The position numbers were made by a program, and so were the translations under genes. From Fimbriimonadales bacterium (GTDB taxonomy: Bacteria; Armatimonadota; Fimbriimonadia; Fimbriimonadales; ATM1), in the NCBI GenBank assembly GCA_041744215.1, contig JBGTLG010000030.1, positions 32,001 through 96,000 of the forward strand: a DNA stretch of 64,000 nucleotides, in the 5' to 3' direction. Positions 20,328 through 29,903 of this stretch are shown one piece after another. Numbering within the stretch: position 1 is the stretch's first letter; each line of letters opens with the position of its first letter. A model generated the notes under the pieces. The model was given only the letters and a program-made list of their open reading frames with translations. It did no database searches and had not been told where the DNA came from.

Positions 20328-22619
20328 CTATTTCGCGGGAGGCGGCGGTGGTTGCGCAAAGCGACCGAACATTTTCTTTGCGCGCTCAACCAGACGGTCG
20401 ATTTCCGAGCGGGTGGATTGCGGCAGCGACTCAAACGGCCCAAACTCCGTGCCCGGAGCTGCGGTCATCCCAAGAAACAGGACAGACGCCTTTTTTTCAG
20501 GCAGAAACTCAATACCAAAATAGACGCTGTCACCAATTGCGGGTCGATAGCCTGCAAAGCTTATCGCCGGGCCGTCGGAAAACCCGCCCATGTCCCCATC
20601 AGCCATCAGTTTCATCATTGCGACCATCTGAACAGGCAGCGTCCAGGGAAACTTCACTTCGCCGAACTGCACCTTGACAGATACAGCCGACACAGATTGT
20701 CCCGCCACTCTAACGAGCGCATCTGTAGAGGGCCCGTTGGGCAATATTTGCGTGATCTCTCTGTCTTCATAGCCAATGACTCCGTCGTCTTTAGGCGGCT
20801 CCAGAGCTTTCTCGATGTCACCCACAACTTCCTCTAGGTCATCCTCGTCGCCAAGCTCAAGCATATCGAGCAAGTCGGTAAGGCTCCGATCAGTCCACGA
20901 GTCTCCCGACCTGTACAGAAACGTCGAGAGGTTGGACCTAACAGCAGGCGACAATCTGCCGAACGCAACGCCGTCACCTTTGGCAGCGGCCTTCTCCATC
21001 GGGGTCATCGCTGCCCATGCACGCAGCGCGTACGCGGTTGTCACATCCATCGAGTCGAAGGTGCCGAGCAGCGCGAAAAGTAACTCCACGACGCCAGAAG
21101 CGAACTGCAGGTCGGTTAAATCCGACGCAAACTTGGCTGTCTGGTCAACGGTGAGCCCATGTTGATCCGCAGCGAGGTCGCGATAGCGGAAGAGGAGCGG
21201 GCGCGGAAGCGTCGCGGCTCTGGCAAGAGCCGGCGATTCGTTTCTCATTGCGACCCAGCCCCCTTCGTACGACCACTTAGATTTGGACGCCTCAGCCAAC
21301 GACTCGAAGATGGCGCCAGCGGAGTCACCAGCGGCAGGCGCACCTGACATGATTTGCACGTCGTAGGCGTCTGCGATGTAGGAGACGCTGGCCGCCTCGG
21401 CGGTAAGCGGGCCAACTCTCGTCAAGCTGATCAGGGGATCGACCACTGAGCCGCGTGTGAGAAAAGCGATGAACTCAGGCGTCGGCCCCTCAGCCAAAGC
21501 AGCGCTGCCGGCGAGTCCCTCTGCGAGTTCGCCCTCGATGGCAATCTTGTCACGAAGCACGTCCGTCGGACCGCGGGGCGGCCTCGGTGGCGCTTCATTC
21601 GGTGCACCTGCGACCTCGCCATCAATGCCGCGCAACGTCACCCCGTAGGGATGGTCGCTCGCTCCAGAGATGTACTCTGCGCCCGACCACAGAATGCGTC
21701 CGTTCTTCCCCACAATCGCCATCTCGACTCTGGGGGCCCAGCCGCCTCGCCGAATCATCCTCTCTGGTCGTGCCTCCACACTTACACGAACGGTGTAGAC
21801 GTCCTCTACGGAGAACTTCGTGTTGTGCGCCAAGTCGTCGCGATACGTTCTCTCTCGCTGGTCACCGGCTGCGACAGACTCAGCTTCGAGCCTCGAAATG
21901 ATGAGATCCCGAACTAGCTTGTGCGCTGAAGCCACGGCTGGTTGGGGCAGCGTCCGCTGAGCGGCGGTCGGGAACAGCGAATACACGATTCTGGAGTTCT
22001 GCGCCAGATTGATGAGTCCATTTCGGTCAAGCGAGGCGATCAGTGACAGAGCGAACTCGCTCTCCGGGCTCCTCAGGCTCAGGAGCGCCTCCAGTTGCGA
22101 TTCGAGCCTCGCGACTTGCGCCCACAGCTTCTCGTCCTCTTCGTCTCCCTTCTCATAGAGCTCTGCCAGTTCCCGCTTGAGCCGGCTTATCTTCGCCGTC
22201 ACCTCGGCATCAGTTCCCGACTGGCGATCTCGCAATCTACTCCTCGCCTCCTCGACGGCCGGTAGCATGAGCTGATAGATCGCCTCCTCAATTTGCGACC
22301 GTTCGCGACCTTCCCACCCGGGGCGGGGACCAAGGGTATAGCCCTCGCCACTCTTCGACCACTCCCAATCAAAGTGCTTTGCGATCCTGGTCAGCGCCTC
22401 CGACGAGGGCTTATCTTTGACCCGAATCACTAAGAGGTCCTCGGCGATCACAGGTGCAGCGCGAAGCTCGACGCCAGTCAGAGTCTTGAGTTCAGCGACG
22501 ACGACCCTAAGAGGGGCGACGTCGCTCCGGTAAGAGATTGCGCCATCAAGCCGGGTGTCGCCCGCAAAAGGGTTGGCCGCTTGGAGCGCGAGAACAGTAG
22601 TGAGGGTGAGAGTGTTCAT
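20328..22619 (-). CDS. large secreted hypothetical protein
   Basis: 763-aa ORF. Signal peptide, STN-like N-terminal segment ('PLRVVVAELKTLTGVEL'), coiled coil. Confidence 0.75.
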   Translation of the reverse strand: MNTLTLTTVLALQAANPFAGDTRLDGAISYRSDVAPLRVVVAELKTLTGVELRAAPVIAEDLLVIRVKDKPSSEALTRIAKHFDWEWSKSGEGYTLGPRPGWEGRERSQIEEAIYQLMLPAVEEARSRLRDRQSGTDAEVTAKISRLKRELAELYEKGDEEDEKLWAQVARLESQLEALLSLRSPESEFALSLIASLDRNGLINLAQNSRIVYSLFPTAAQRTLPQPAVASAHKLVRDLIISRLEAESVAAGDQRERTYRDDLAHNTKFSVEDVYTVRVSVEARPERMIRRGGWAPRVEMAIVGKNGRILWSGAEYISGASDHPYGVTLRGIDGEVAGAPNEAPPRPPRGPTDVLRDKIAIEGELAEGLAGSAALAEGPTPEFIAFLTRGSVVDPLISLTRVGPLTAEAASVSYIADAYDVQIMSGAPAAGDSAGAIFESLAEASKSKWSYEGGWVAMRNESPALARAATLPRPLLFRYRDLAADQHGLTVDQTAKFASDLTDLQFASGVVELLFALLGTFDSMDVTTAYALRAWAAMTPMEKAAAKGDGVAFGRLSPAVRSNLSTFLYRSGDSWTDRSLTDLLDMLELGDEDDLEEVVGDIEKALEPPKDDGVIGYEDREITQILPNGPSTDALVRVAGQSVSAVSVKVQFGEVKFPWTLPVQMVAMMKLMADGDMGGFSDGPAISFAGYRPAIGDSVYFGIEFLPEKKASVLFLGMTAAPGTEFGPFESLPQSTRSEIDRLVERAKKMFGRFAQPPPPPAK

Positions 22620-22775
22620 TTCGTTGCGCCTACCCTATTATGTCGATTCTGCGGGCGAAAGCGTTGCAGCGACTTTATCGCGAGCGTGCCGGAACGGAAT
22701 CTTCAGACCTGTTGGCTTCGTACTACGTATCGCGGCCGGCGCTGGGAAATGCGCGTCGACCGGTACGCTCTTCCC

Positions 22776-23213
22776 ATGCTCGACCGAGATGCCGTCCTCC
22801 GCAAAGCAAGCGAACTCGTAGACCTCGCTCGAGCCTCAGAGGCGATTGACCTCCTGCGGGACTACCTCGAGCGTGCCTCCGGCGATGCTGAGGCCCACGC
22901 AATGATTGGGGTCGCGTATTACAACAACAGCGAACCCTGGGCTGCCGAGCGCCACCTCAAGCACTCTCTCGCCGCGCTTCCAGGTCGACACGAAATCAAG
23001 GTGCTCCTGCTCAGAATCCTCATGGATCGGCACTCATGGGAGGAGGCACTCGAACACGCTGAGGAGTTGAAGCGGGAGAACCCCAGCGACGCCGTCCTGC
23101 GCATCATGTATGAGTCTTGCCTGGAAAACGTTGAGAGGCCGGAGGTCGGATGGGAGCGAGACGAACCCTTGCGACGCGTGCGGATCGAGTTCACCGAGGG
23201 CGGACCCGACTAA
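22776..23213 (+). CDS. TPR-repeat protein
   Basis: TPR helices ('AEAHAMIGVAYY'). Start chosen 6 nt after a TACGCT -10-like box. Confidence 0.7.
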   Translation: MLDRDAVLRKASELVDLARASEAIDLLRDYLERASGDAEAHAMIGVAYYNNSEPWAAERHLKHSLAALPGRHEIKVLLLRILMDRHSWEEALEHAEELKRENPSDAVLRIMYESCLENVERPEVGWERDEPLRRVRIEFTEGGPD

Positions 23214-23373
23214 AATTGTCGATGATTCGCGAACTTTCGACGAGCGACGGGCGTTCATAAGCGTAGCGACGCCGGCAACATCTCCCGGCAGATCGATTTT
23301 CCTCACACCTGCACTGCACGAGCGAGGCGGATCCTCAGGGGTCCGCCTTCGCTCCTTAATGCAGCACCTCGAA

Positions 23374-24498
23374 CTACCCGTTCTTCCGAGCGAACTCGCG
23401 CATGAATTCGGCGATCGCTGTGGCTCCGCTCTCGGGGAACGCGTTGTACATCGAAACCCGAATTCCGCCAACGCTCCGGTGCCCGGCCAGAGTCGAGAAT
23501 CCCTGCGCCTCCGCCTCGTCGGAGAACTTCTGGTCCAGTTCCTCTGAAGGGCACTTGAACGTTATGTTCATCAGGCTCCGATTCTCCTTCTGTGCGTGCC
23601 CCTTGTAAAACCCAGCGTCGATCACGTCATAGACCAGCTTTGCCTTTCTCTCGTTGATCGGAGCTATCCAATCAACGCCGCCGTTTTTCAGGAGCCATTG
23701 GTAGTAGAGCCCGCACATGTAGATCGCGAAGCACGGCGGCGTGTTGTGGATGGAGTGCGCTTTATGCGCCTTCGACCAGCTCAGCATCAGCGGCAACTTC
23801 TGCTGGGAGGCGACCTCCAACGCGCGAGGTGAGAGGAGTACCGTCGTCGCGCCCGCTGGCCCTTGTGTCTTCTGTGCGCCGCCAAAAATCACGTCGTACT
23901 TCGACAGATCGAACTTCCGGCTCAGGATGTTCGAGCTCGCGTCGCAGACGACCAGCGCGTCGGTGGAAAACGATGCGTCGCGCCGATAGTCCACACCGCC
24001 CACGGTTTCGTTGCTCGTGTAGTAAGCGTAAGAGATGTCTGGGGAGAACTGTGGCTCGTCGTCGGCAGGCGCGCGGTCGAACCCGCTCCCTTCGCTCGAG
24101 TAGGCGACGTGCACGTCTGCGAGAAGTCGTGCGTCGCCCAGGGAGATATGGCCCCAGTGCCCGGTATCGATGTAGTTCGGCCGCTTGCCATCCATCTTCA
24201 GGTTCATCGGCACCATGGCGTTTTGAAGGCTCGCGCCCCCCTGGAGCATCAGCACGCCCCAGTCGTCGGGCGCGCCGAGCAGCTTGCGCAAGTTCGCGAG
24301 CGCGGTCATGTGTATCTCGTCGTAAATCTTGCCGCGATGGCTCAGTTCCATCACGCTCATGCCGCAGCCTTTGTAGTTCAGCAGGTCGTCTCTCGCCTCT
24401 TCTAAGACCTCGACCGGCAGCGCGCCGGGCCCTGCCGAGAAGTTGTAAATGCGGCCATACGGAAGGCCGAGTCCGTGCTTATCTTGCGTTTCGAGCAT
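23374..24498 (-). CDS. serC: phosphoserine aminotransferase
   Basis: 'YNFSAGPG', 'ELSHR', 'GAQKTQGPAG', 'NTPP', 'GHRSVGGIR'. Confidence 0.97.
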   Translation of the reverse strand: MLETQDKHGLGLPYGRIYNFSAGPGALPVEVLEEARDDLLNYKGCGMSVMELSHRGKIYDEIHMTALANLRKLLGAPDDWGVLMLQGGASLQNAMVPMNLKMDGKRPNYIDTGHWGHISLGDARLLADVHVAYSSEGSGFDRAPADDEPQFSPDISYAYYTSNETVGGVDYRRDASFSTDALVVCDASSNILSRKFDLSKYDVIFGGAQKTQGPAGATTVLLSPRALEVASQQKLPLMLSWSKAHKAHSIHNTPPCFAIYMCGLYYQWLLKNGGVDWIAPINERKAKLVYDVIDAGFYKGHAQKENRSLMNITFKCPSEELDQKFSDEAEAQGFSTLAGHRSVGGIRVSMYNAFPESGATAIAEFMREFARKNG

Positions 24499-24645
24499 GA
24501 ATCTGAGAATACCGGATACGGTCAGCTTGGGAGGCCTTCAACTCGCCCATTCAGAAGATGTCCTTGAGGGCACCTGCGGGGTAGATTCGCGGATGTGGAC
24601 GATCCGCTGTACTTGGTGATCGCCACTGCAAAAGGAGAATCTAAC

Positions 24646-25683
24646 ATGAGACCTGAAGGGCTACCCAAGATGGCAGCCGTTTGCATGCTCGCTATTCTCG
24701 GGGCGAGCGTGGCCGCAATCGGCCTGCATCCCGCGGAGTCGGTCATTCCGCAGGACCTGAGGAACACCGTGGCACGTGTGCAAGTTCTGAATGCAACAGG
24801 AAGGCTGGAGCAGACAGGCAGCGGCGTTGTTGTTGGCGTCAAGCAGATCGAAGGACGAGACGAAGCTTGGCTCTGCGTGCTAACTGCAGATCATATCGCG
24901 GACCCATTTCCGGGCGAAGCGGTGAATCGGCGAGTTGGATTCGGCAACAGTGCGGGCGTGATGGCGGGGCCTTGGCAGAGCGCAGAGGTGATTTGGATAC
25001 CGGGGCCGGTTGTGCGCGAGCGGGGCCAAGACTTCTGGGTGGACCTGGCGATGCTGGGGGTCCGAATTCAGAACTTCGCTGCATTCAAGCGGGACTTCCC
25101 GATGGCACCCGCTCCAGTCGCGAATCGGGACCCGGGCTCGCGGAGGCTCTTCCAGGCCGGGTACGGCTATCCTACGACGATTGATCCGCGACTGCCAGGC
25201 TTTTACCGCGTCCAGGAAGTCGATGGGGCTGGGCGACAGAACTACGGGACGCTTCGCGTCGGGGAGAACGACTCGGACCGAATCATCAACGCGTACTCAC
25301 GAACAAGTCGGGCGAACAACAAGCAATACCGGTTCGCAGCGATCGAGGGAGACCTGGACTTTGTACGGCGGGGAAACAGATGGCCGCCAGTTTCCGGCGA
25401 ATCTTATCCATTGCGCAGGGACTCAGGCGGGCCTTCCTTCGTGTTCGCGCCGCGGGAGAGGGAGTGGCTACTCGGCGGAATTCACTCGGATTCAGCCACC
25501 CGTGGGCGTCCAGGCGACCTCGTCGTCAGGGAGGGCGACCTGTGGCACGACGTAGCCGCGCCTTACTATGCACAGTGGATTGAACGCTCTTGTAACGCGG
25601 TGCCAGAGCCTGGGACGCTGACTTTGGTGGCCTGTGCGCTTGCTGGTTTGACGCTGAGGCAGAGGAAAAGGTGCGCCCGATGA
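24646..25683 (+). CDS. trypsin-like serine protease with PEP-CTERM sorting signal
   Basis: SD AAGGAG, signal peptide, 'LTADH', 'DLAML', 'DSGGP'. C-terminal 'VPEPGTL'+TM+'RQRKR'. Confidence 0.85.
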   Translation: MRPEGLPKMAAVCMLAILGASVAAIGLHPAESVIPQDLRNTVARVQVLNATGRLEQTGSGVVVGVKQIEGRDEAWLCVLTADHIADPFPGEAVNRRVGFGNSAGVMAGPWQSAEVIWIPGPVVRERGQDFWVDLAMLGVRIQNFAAFKRDFPMAPAPVANRDPGSRRLFQAGYGYPTTIDPRLPGFYRVQEVDGAGRQNYGTLRVGENDSDRIINAYSRTSRANNKQYRFAAIEGDLDFVRRGNRWPPVSGESYPLRRDSGGPSFVFAPREREWLLGGIHSDSATRGRPGDLVVREGDLWHDVAAPYYAQWIERSCNAVPEPGTLTLVACALAGLTLRQRKRCAR

Positions 25684-26027
25684 CCGGCGTCGGCTTGTTC
25701 TGGCGGCCAGGAACGAAGCTTATCCGCCTACTGCTTCTCGGCTCGCTCCTCCTCTTTTCCGCCGGTATCGTCGGCTGCGAACAGTCGTCCAACAAAGTCA
25801 CGCAGGAGAGCGCCGCCGTATCGAAAGAACCTCAATCTGACCCAGAGGGCTCTGCATTCATTGCAAATTCTTCAACGAAAATCTATCACATGCCGGAATG
25901 CCGCACGATCACCGAGATGGCCGACGCCAATAAGACTTGGCACATGACCACCGAGAGGGCCGAATCGCGCGGGTATCGAGCGTGCAAGGTATGTAAACCG
26001 GACGCTCCTGCTCCGCCCGACGAGTGA
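25680..26027 (+). CDS. lipoprotein with Ada-type metal-binding-like domain
   Basis: Lipobox 'IVGC'. 'KIYH..EC...AESRGYRACKVCKP'. Start uncertain. Confidence 0.75.
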   Translation: MTGVGLFWRPGTKLIRLLLLGSLLLFSAGIVGCEQSSNKVTQESAAVSKEPQSDPEGSAFIANSSTKIYHMPECRTITEMADANKTWHMTTERAESRGYRACKVCKPDAPAPPDE

Positions 26028-26076
26028 TCTTCCGTAACGGCTCACCGATTCGCTCGTTCATGCAGTAGTAGGAGAA

Positions 26077-27051
26077 ATGAAGATGAAGATTCGATACGTT
26101 GGATTGGCCTTCTTGCTTACGCTGTGTGGCTTGGCAGGCTCGGCGAGTTACGGGCCTGCGAAAACGGATGTGCACGGCGTACGTTGGTTCGATTCCTTCG
26201 ACGATGCCGTTGCCGTGGCGAAGCGGACGGGCAAGCCGATCCTCTTTCTAAGCATGTTTGGCCACCTTGGCGAGGAGATGCCCTGCGCGAACGCCCGGAC
26301 GCTGCGTGCGACGCTGTTCAAAGACCCAGCGTTCCTGTCGCTAATCTCGGACGACGTCATTCCGGCGTGGGAGATGGTTCGCGCAGTGCCTAAAGTGACG
26401 ATTGATCTGGGCGACGGTGAGAAGATCGTCCGCACTGTTCGTGGGAACGCGGTGATGTATCTTTGCAATCCGGACGGGACTGTCGTCGATGCGTACCCTG
26501 GCGTGTATACCGCAGACGACTTCATGCCGCTGGTGCGGGACTCCATCGCCGAGCTGGTCGGTAAAGACTTTACGGCTGTTCGGGCGTATCATGCGGCTCG
26601 CGGCTCGATACCTCCTCCTACTCGCATCACGACTGGAAAAATGATGTTGGAGTCACCGACATTGGAGCTTCTCGGTGCACGTGCAGTGAATGGCGAAATC
26701 GGATCACTCAGCGCAGATAGCCCTGAGAAGCGAGCCTTCATAGTTGCGGCGCGGCGTCTGTCCGACGCAAGCCTCACGCCTCTGCCCGTTTCGGTCGCTG
26801 GCTTGCTCGCGACGGGGTCACCGATCGAGGGACGCGATCCCCATGAGGTCGCGGTGGAAGTTTTGCAAAACGATTCGCGGCAGAACGTGACGCGGACTCG
26901 GCCTGTTGTTCACCTTTTCTTCGCATCAGAGAAGCGGTTCCCGACTCCCCTCGAGGCTCGCGACGCGGTGCTAGAGACGATTCTGAAGATTCCATATAAG
27001 GATCCCTACTTCGGCTTGAAAGACGTTCTGCTACCAGGCACACCACGGTAG
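26077..27051 (+). CDS. exported thioredoxin-like protein (selenoprotein N-like, Cys form)
   Basis: SD AGGAG, signal peptide, 'WFDSFDDA..AKRTGKPIL' thioredoxin_7-type start, 'PCANARTLR'. Confidence 0.65.
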   Translation: MKMKIRYVGLAFLLTLCGLAGSASYGPAKTDVHGVRWFDSFDDAVAVAKRTGKPILFLSMFGHLGEEMPCANARTLRATLFKDPAFLSLISDDVIPAWEMVRAVPKVTIDLGDGEKIVRTVRGNAVMYLCNPDGTVVDAYPGVYTADDFMPLVRDSIAELVGKDFTAVRAYHAARGSIPPPTRITTGKMMLESPTLELLGARAVNGEIGSLSADSPEKRAFIVAARRLSDASLTPLPVSVAGLLATGSPIEGRDPHEVAVEVLQNDSRQNVTRTRPVVHLFFASEKRFPTPLEARDAVLETILKIPYKDPYFGLKDVLLPGTPR

Positions 27052-27090
27052 GCGCGGCGGGGCACCGCCCGGCTATGTCACGATTGGCGC

Positions 27091-28173
27091 GTGGGCAATA
27101 CGTTTGGGCAGATTTTCCGCGTTACGACGTGGGGCGAGTCTCACGGCGGTGGCGTCGGTGTCGTCGTCGACGGCTGCCCGCCGATGCTCTCTCTTTCTGA
27201 AGCGGACATTCAGCCCGACCTTGACCGAAGGCGTCCTGGCCAGAGCTCAATTACAACTCAGCGCAAGGAGTCGGACACTGTTCGAATCCTAAGCGGAGTG
27301 TTTGACGGAGTAACGATTGGCACGCCAATCTCGATGATGGTCGTCAACGAGGATGCGCGGCCGGACGCGTATGACGAGATGCGCACTAAGTATCGCCCGA
27401 GTCATGCGGATTACACCTACGACGCGAAGTACGGAACGCGGAATTGGCAAGGCGGCGGAAGGAGCAGCGCGCGAGAGACTGTTGGACGGGTTGCCGCCGG
27501 CGCCGTTGCAAGAAAGCTGTTGAGAGAGGCGTATGGCGTCGAATGCGTCGCGTGGGTTTCTAAGGTGGGACAAATTGTTGCTGAGGCGGATGTGGAATCG
27601 GTCACAGCATCCCAGGTCGAAGCAACCCCGGTGCGATGCCCGGATCGGGGCATCGCTGAAGAGATGATCGCCGAGATCGAACGTGTTCGTAAGGAAGGGA
27701 ATTCGCTTGGAGGCGTTGTCAGTTGCGTGATCCGGGGGTGTCCGACAGGTTGGGGCGATCCGGTGTTTGACAGGTTGGAGGCCGATTTGGCGAAAGGAGT
27801 CATGTCGCTTCCGGCGAGCAAGGGTTTTGAGATCGGTTCAGGTTTCGCAGGGACTGACTTATCGGGTATCGAGCATAACGATGAGTTTTATGTTGGCGAG
27901 GGCGATCGTATCCGCACGCGGACCAATCGCAGTGGAGGTGTTCAAGGCGGGATTTCCAATGGCGAAGCGATCTACTTCAGAGTTGCGTTCAAGCCGACCG
28001 CGACGGTGATGCGGGAACAGCAGACAGTCACAACAGAACCGAAAGACACGACGCTGACAGGGCGTGGTCGTCACGATCCATGCGTGCTGCCCCGCGCGGT
28101 CCCAATGGTCGAGGCGATGGCACTGTTGGTGTTAGCAGATGCGGCGCTGCGCCAGCGAACCATAAGGGATTAG
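27091..28173 (+). CDS. aroC: chorismate synthase
   Basis: 'GESHG', 'RPSHAD', 'GGRSSARET', 'GRHDPC'. Confidence 0.98.
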   Translation: MGNTFGQIFRVTTWGESHGGGVGVVVDGCPPMLSLSEADIQPDLDRRRPGQSSITTQRKESDTVRILSGVFDGVTIGTPISMMVVNEDARPDAYDEMRTKYRPSHADYTYDAKYGTRNWQGGGRSSARETVGRVAAGAVARKLLREAYGVECVAWVSKVGQIVAEADVESVTASQVEATPVRCPDRGIAEEMIAEIERVRKEGNSLGGVVSCVIRGCPTGWGDPVFDRLEADLAKGVMSLPASKGFEIGSGFAGTDLSGIEHNDEFYVGEGDRIRTRTNRSGGVQGGISNGEAIYFRVAFKPTATVMREQQTVTTEPKDTTLTGRGRHDPCVLPRAVPMVEAMALLVLADAALRQRTIRD

Positions 28174-29903
28174 CCGTGATCGCTTTCGTCCCGTGGAAAC
28201 ACGACCTCCGCGACTACCCATCCGAGACGGTTTGCAAGCGTAAATCGGCCACCAACGGCTTTTGCTAAGGAGTCCACTATACGCAAGCCTAAGTGTCCGC
28301 TTCTGTCAATCGAGAAGTCTGCTGGCAACGTTGCGCCTGAATTAGAAACCCACAGATAAACAATTGTTTCTTTCACGGAGATGACTATGTCAATGGCGCC
28401 AGGCTCTTCTGGATGAAATCCATGCTCGACCGCGTTCTGTATCAGCTCGTTGACAATGAGCGCTGCCTGAGTCGCCTGATTCATGCCTAATGGTAGGTCG
28501 TCTCCAAGAACTTCGATCCTAATCTGCCGATGCGGGTGCGCCAGAGCCTGTTGTTGGTGAGCAGCGAGCGTTTCCGCCACTGTACGAATCCCCACGCGAT
28601 CTAAGTCTTCGCGCGACAGCAACTCGTGAACCGCAGCAATCGACGCTATGCGACCTATTGAGTCGTTCACGACTTCATCAACACTCTTTCCTTCTGAGTC
28701 GCTTAGCTCGAGGCGAAGAAGACTCACGACTTGCTGCAAGTTGTTCTTAACCCGGTGGTGCATCTCTTGCATTAGGGTTGTTCTCACCTGAAGCTTTGCG
28801 TGTTCGATGGCGACTGCCGCCTGTTTTGCGAGCGCTTCCAACGCCTGAATCTCCACCCGCGAGAAAGCGTGGACTGCCTCTGTGTAGCATGTCATGACGC
28901 CGATTGCCTTATCCCTTATCATCAACGGAACGCATGCCATCGACCGCAGCCCCTGCTCTTCTGCCATCTCCGCGCCGATGTATTCGGGCGAAGTAAGAAC
29001 GTCGTCATTCGTCAAGGTTCTGCGCTCTATAATCGCGCGCCCAGCGAAGCTTTCACCGACCCGGATGCTACGCTTCTTCCTGTAAGCATAGTGTGTAGAT
29101 TGAGTGGCTCGCAGCACCAATTCGCCTCGAGCCTCGTCGAGCAGGCGAACCGTTACCACTTTGTAATTGAGTCTCTCTGCGGTGAATGATACGAGTAGTT
29201 GAAGGATCTCCTCCAGGTACGGACTTCCTGCAATGAGTTCCGTCACTTCCGTTATCGCGCGATACTGTTCCGCTCTACTTTCAAGAATTGCCTCACGAGA
29301 CTGCTGATGTATTGCGCGGGCAACAAGCTCTGCGATTCTCGCCAAGATGTGGGCCTCGCGTGCGGTGTATCCATACTGCCGTCGCGTTCTCACGTTTACC
29401 ACGCCAACCAGTTCACCGCGAGATATCAACGGCACACACAGAAGGCTCTGAAATGTTCGCTCCTCAAGCCCGGGGTAATCAAGGAATCGCGGATCCTCCC
29501 AAGGCTGACGTCGGATGGCTACGGACCTTCTATGCTTCGCAGCCCATCCGGTCAAGCCTTGACCGACTTTGATGGAAACTCGACCGACCTTTTCAGGCTC
29601 AAAAGTGTCTGCTTCGAGCATGAGTGTTTCGCCGTCTGGCTGCAGCATCAAGAACTGCGCCGCATCGGTCTGGGTTAGCTGGCGGACGATTTCCGCTATC
29701 TCTCCTAGTGCAGAGTGTCCAGGCTCGCTGTTTGCCAATACTCGACCAATGCGCTCCAGCGTTTCGACGGTCGTTTCTTCTTGCCTGAGCTTTGCCTTGA
29801 GTCGCCGGATGTCATCGTCTGGAACACGGCCTCGCGTGCGATCGCGGGTGGGCCAAACAGACTTTGTCTTTTTCGTGATCACGGGCCTGTTAAATGATGG
29901 CAC
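28170..29903 (-). CDS. soluble GAF-GAF sensor histidine kinase, HisKA_2 (EutW/PdtaS-like)
   Basis: Two GAF domains, '[11 protein letters not shown]', '[12 protein letters not shown]', 'LGLRIV'. Confidence 0.9.
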   Translation of the reverse strand: MPSFNRPVITKKTKSVWPTRDRTRGRVPDDDIRRLKAKLRQEETTVETLERIGRVLANSEPGHSALGEIAEIVRQLTQTDAAQFLMLQPDGETLMLEADTFEPEKVGRVSIKVGQGLTGWAAKHRRSVAIRRQPWEDPRFLDYPGLEERTFQSLLCVPLISRGELVGVVNVRTRRQYGYTAREAHILARIAELVARAIHQQSREAILESRAEQYRAITEVTELIAGSPYLEEILQLLVSFTAERLNYKVVTVRLLDEARGELVLRATQSTHYAYRKKRSIRVGESFAGRAIIERRTLTNDDVLTSPEYIGAEMAEEQGLRSMACVPLMIRDKAIGVMTCYTEAVHAFSRVEIQALEALAKQAAVAIEHAKLQVRTTLMQEMHHRVKNNLQQVVSLLRLELSDSEGKSVDEVVNDSIGRIASIAAVHELLSREDLDRVGIRTVAETLAAHQQQALAHPHRQIRIEVLGDDLPLGMNQATQAALIVNELIQNAVEHGFHPEEPGAIDIVISVKETIVYLWVSNSGATLPADFSIDRSGHLGLRIVDSLAKAVGGRFTLANRLGWVVAEVVFPRDESDHG

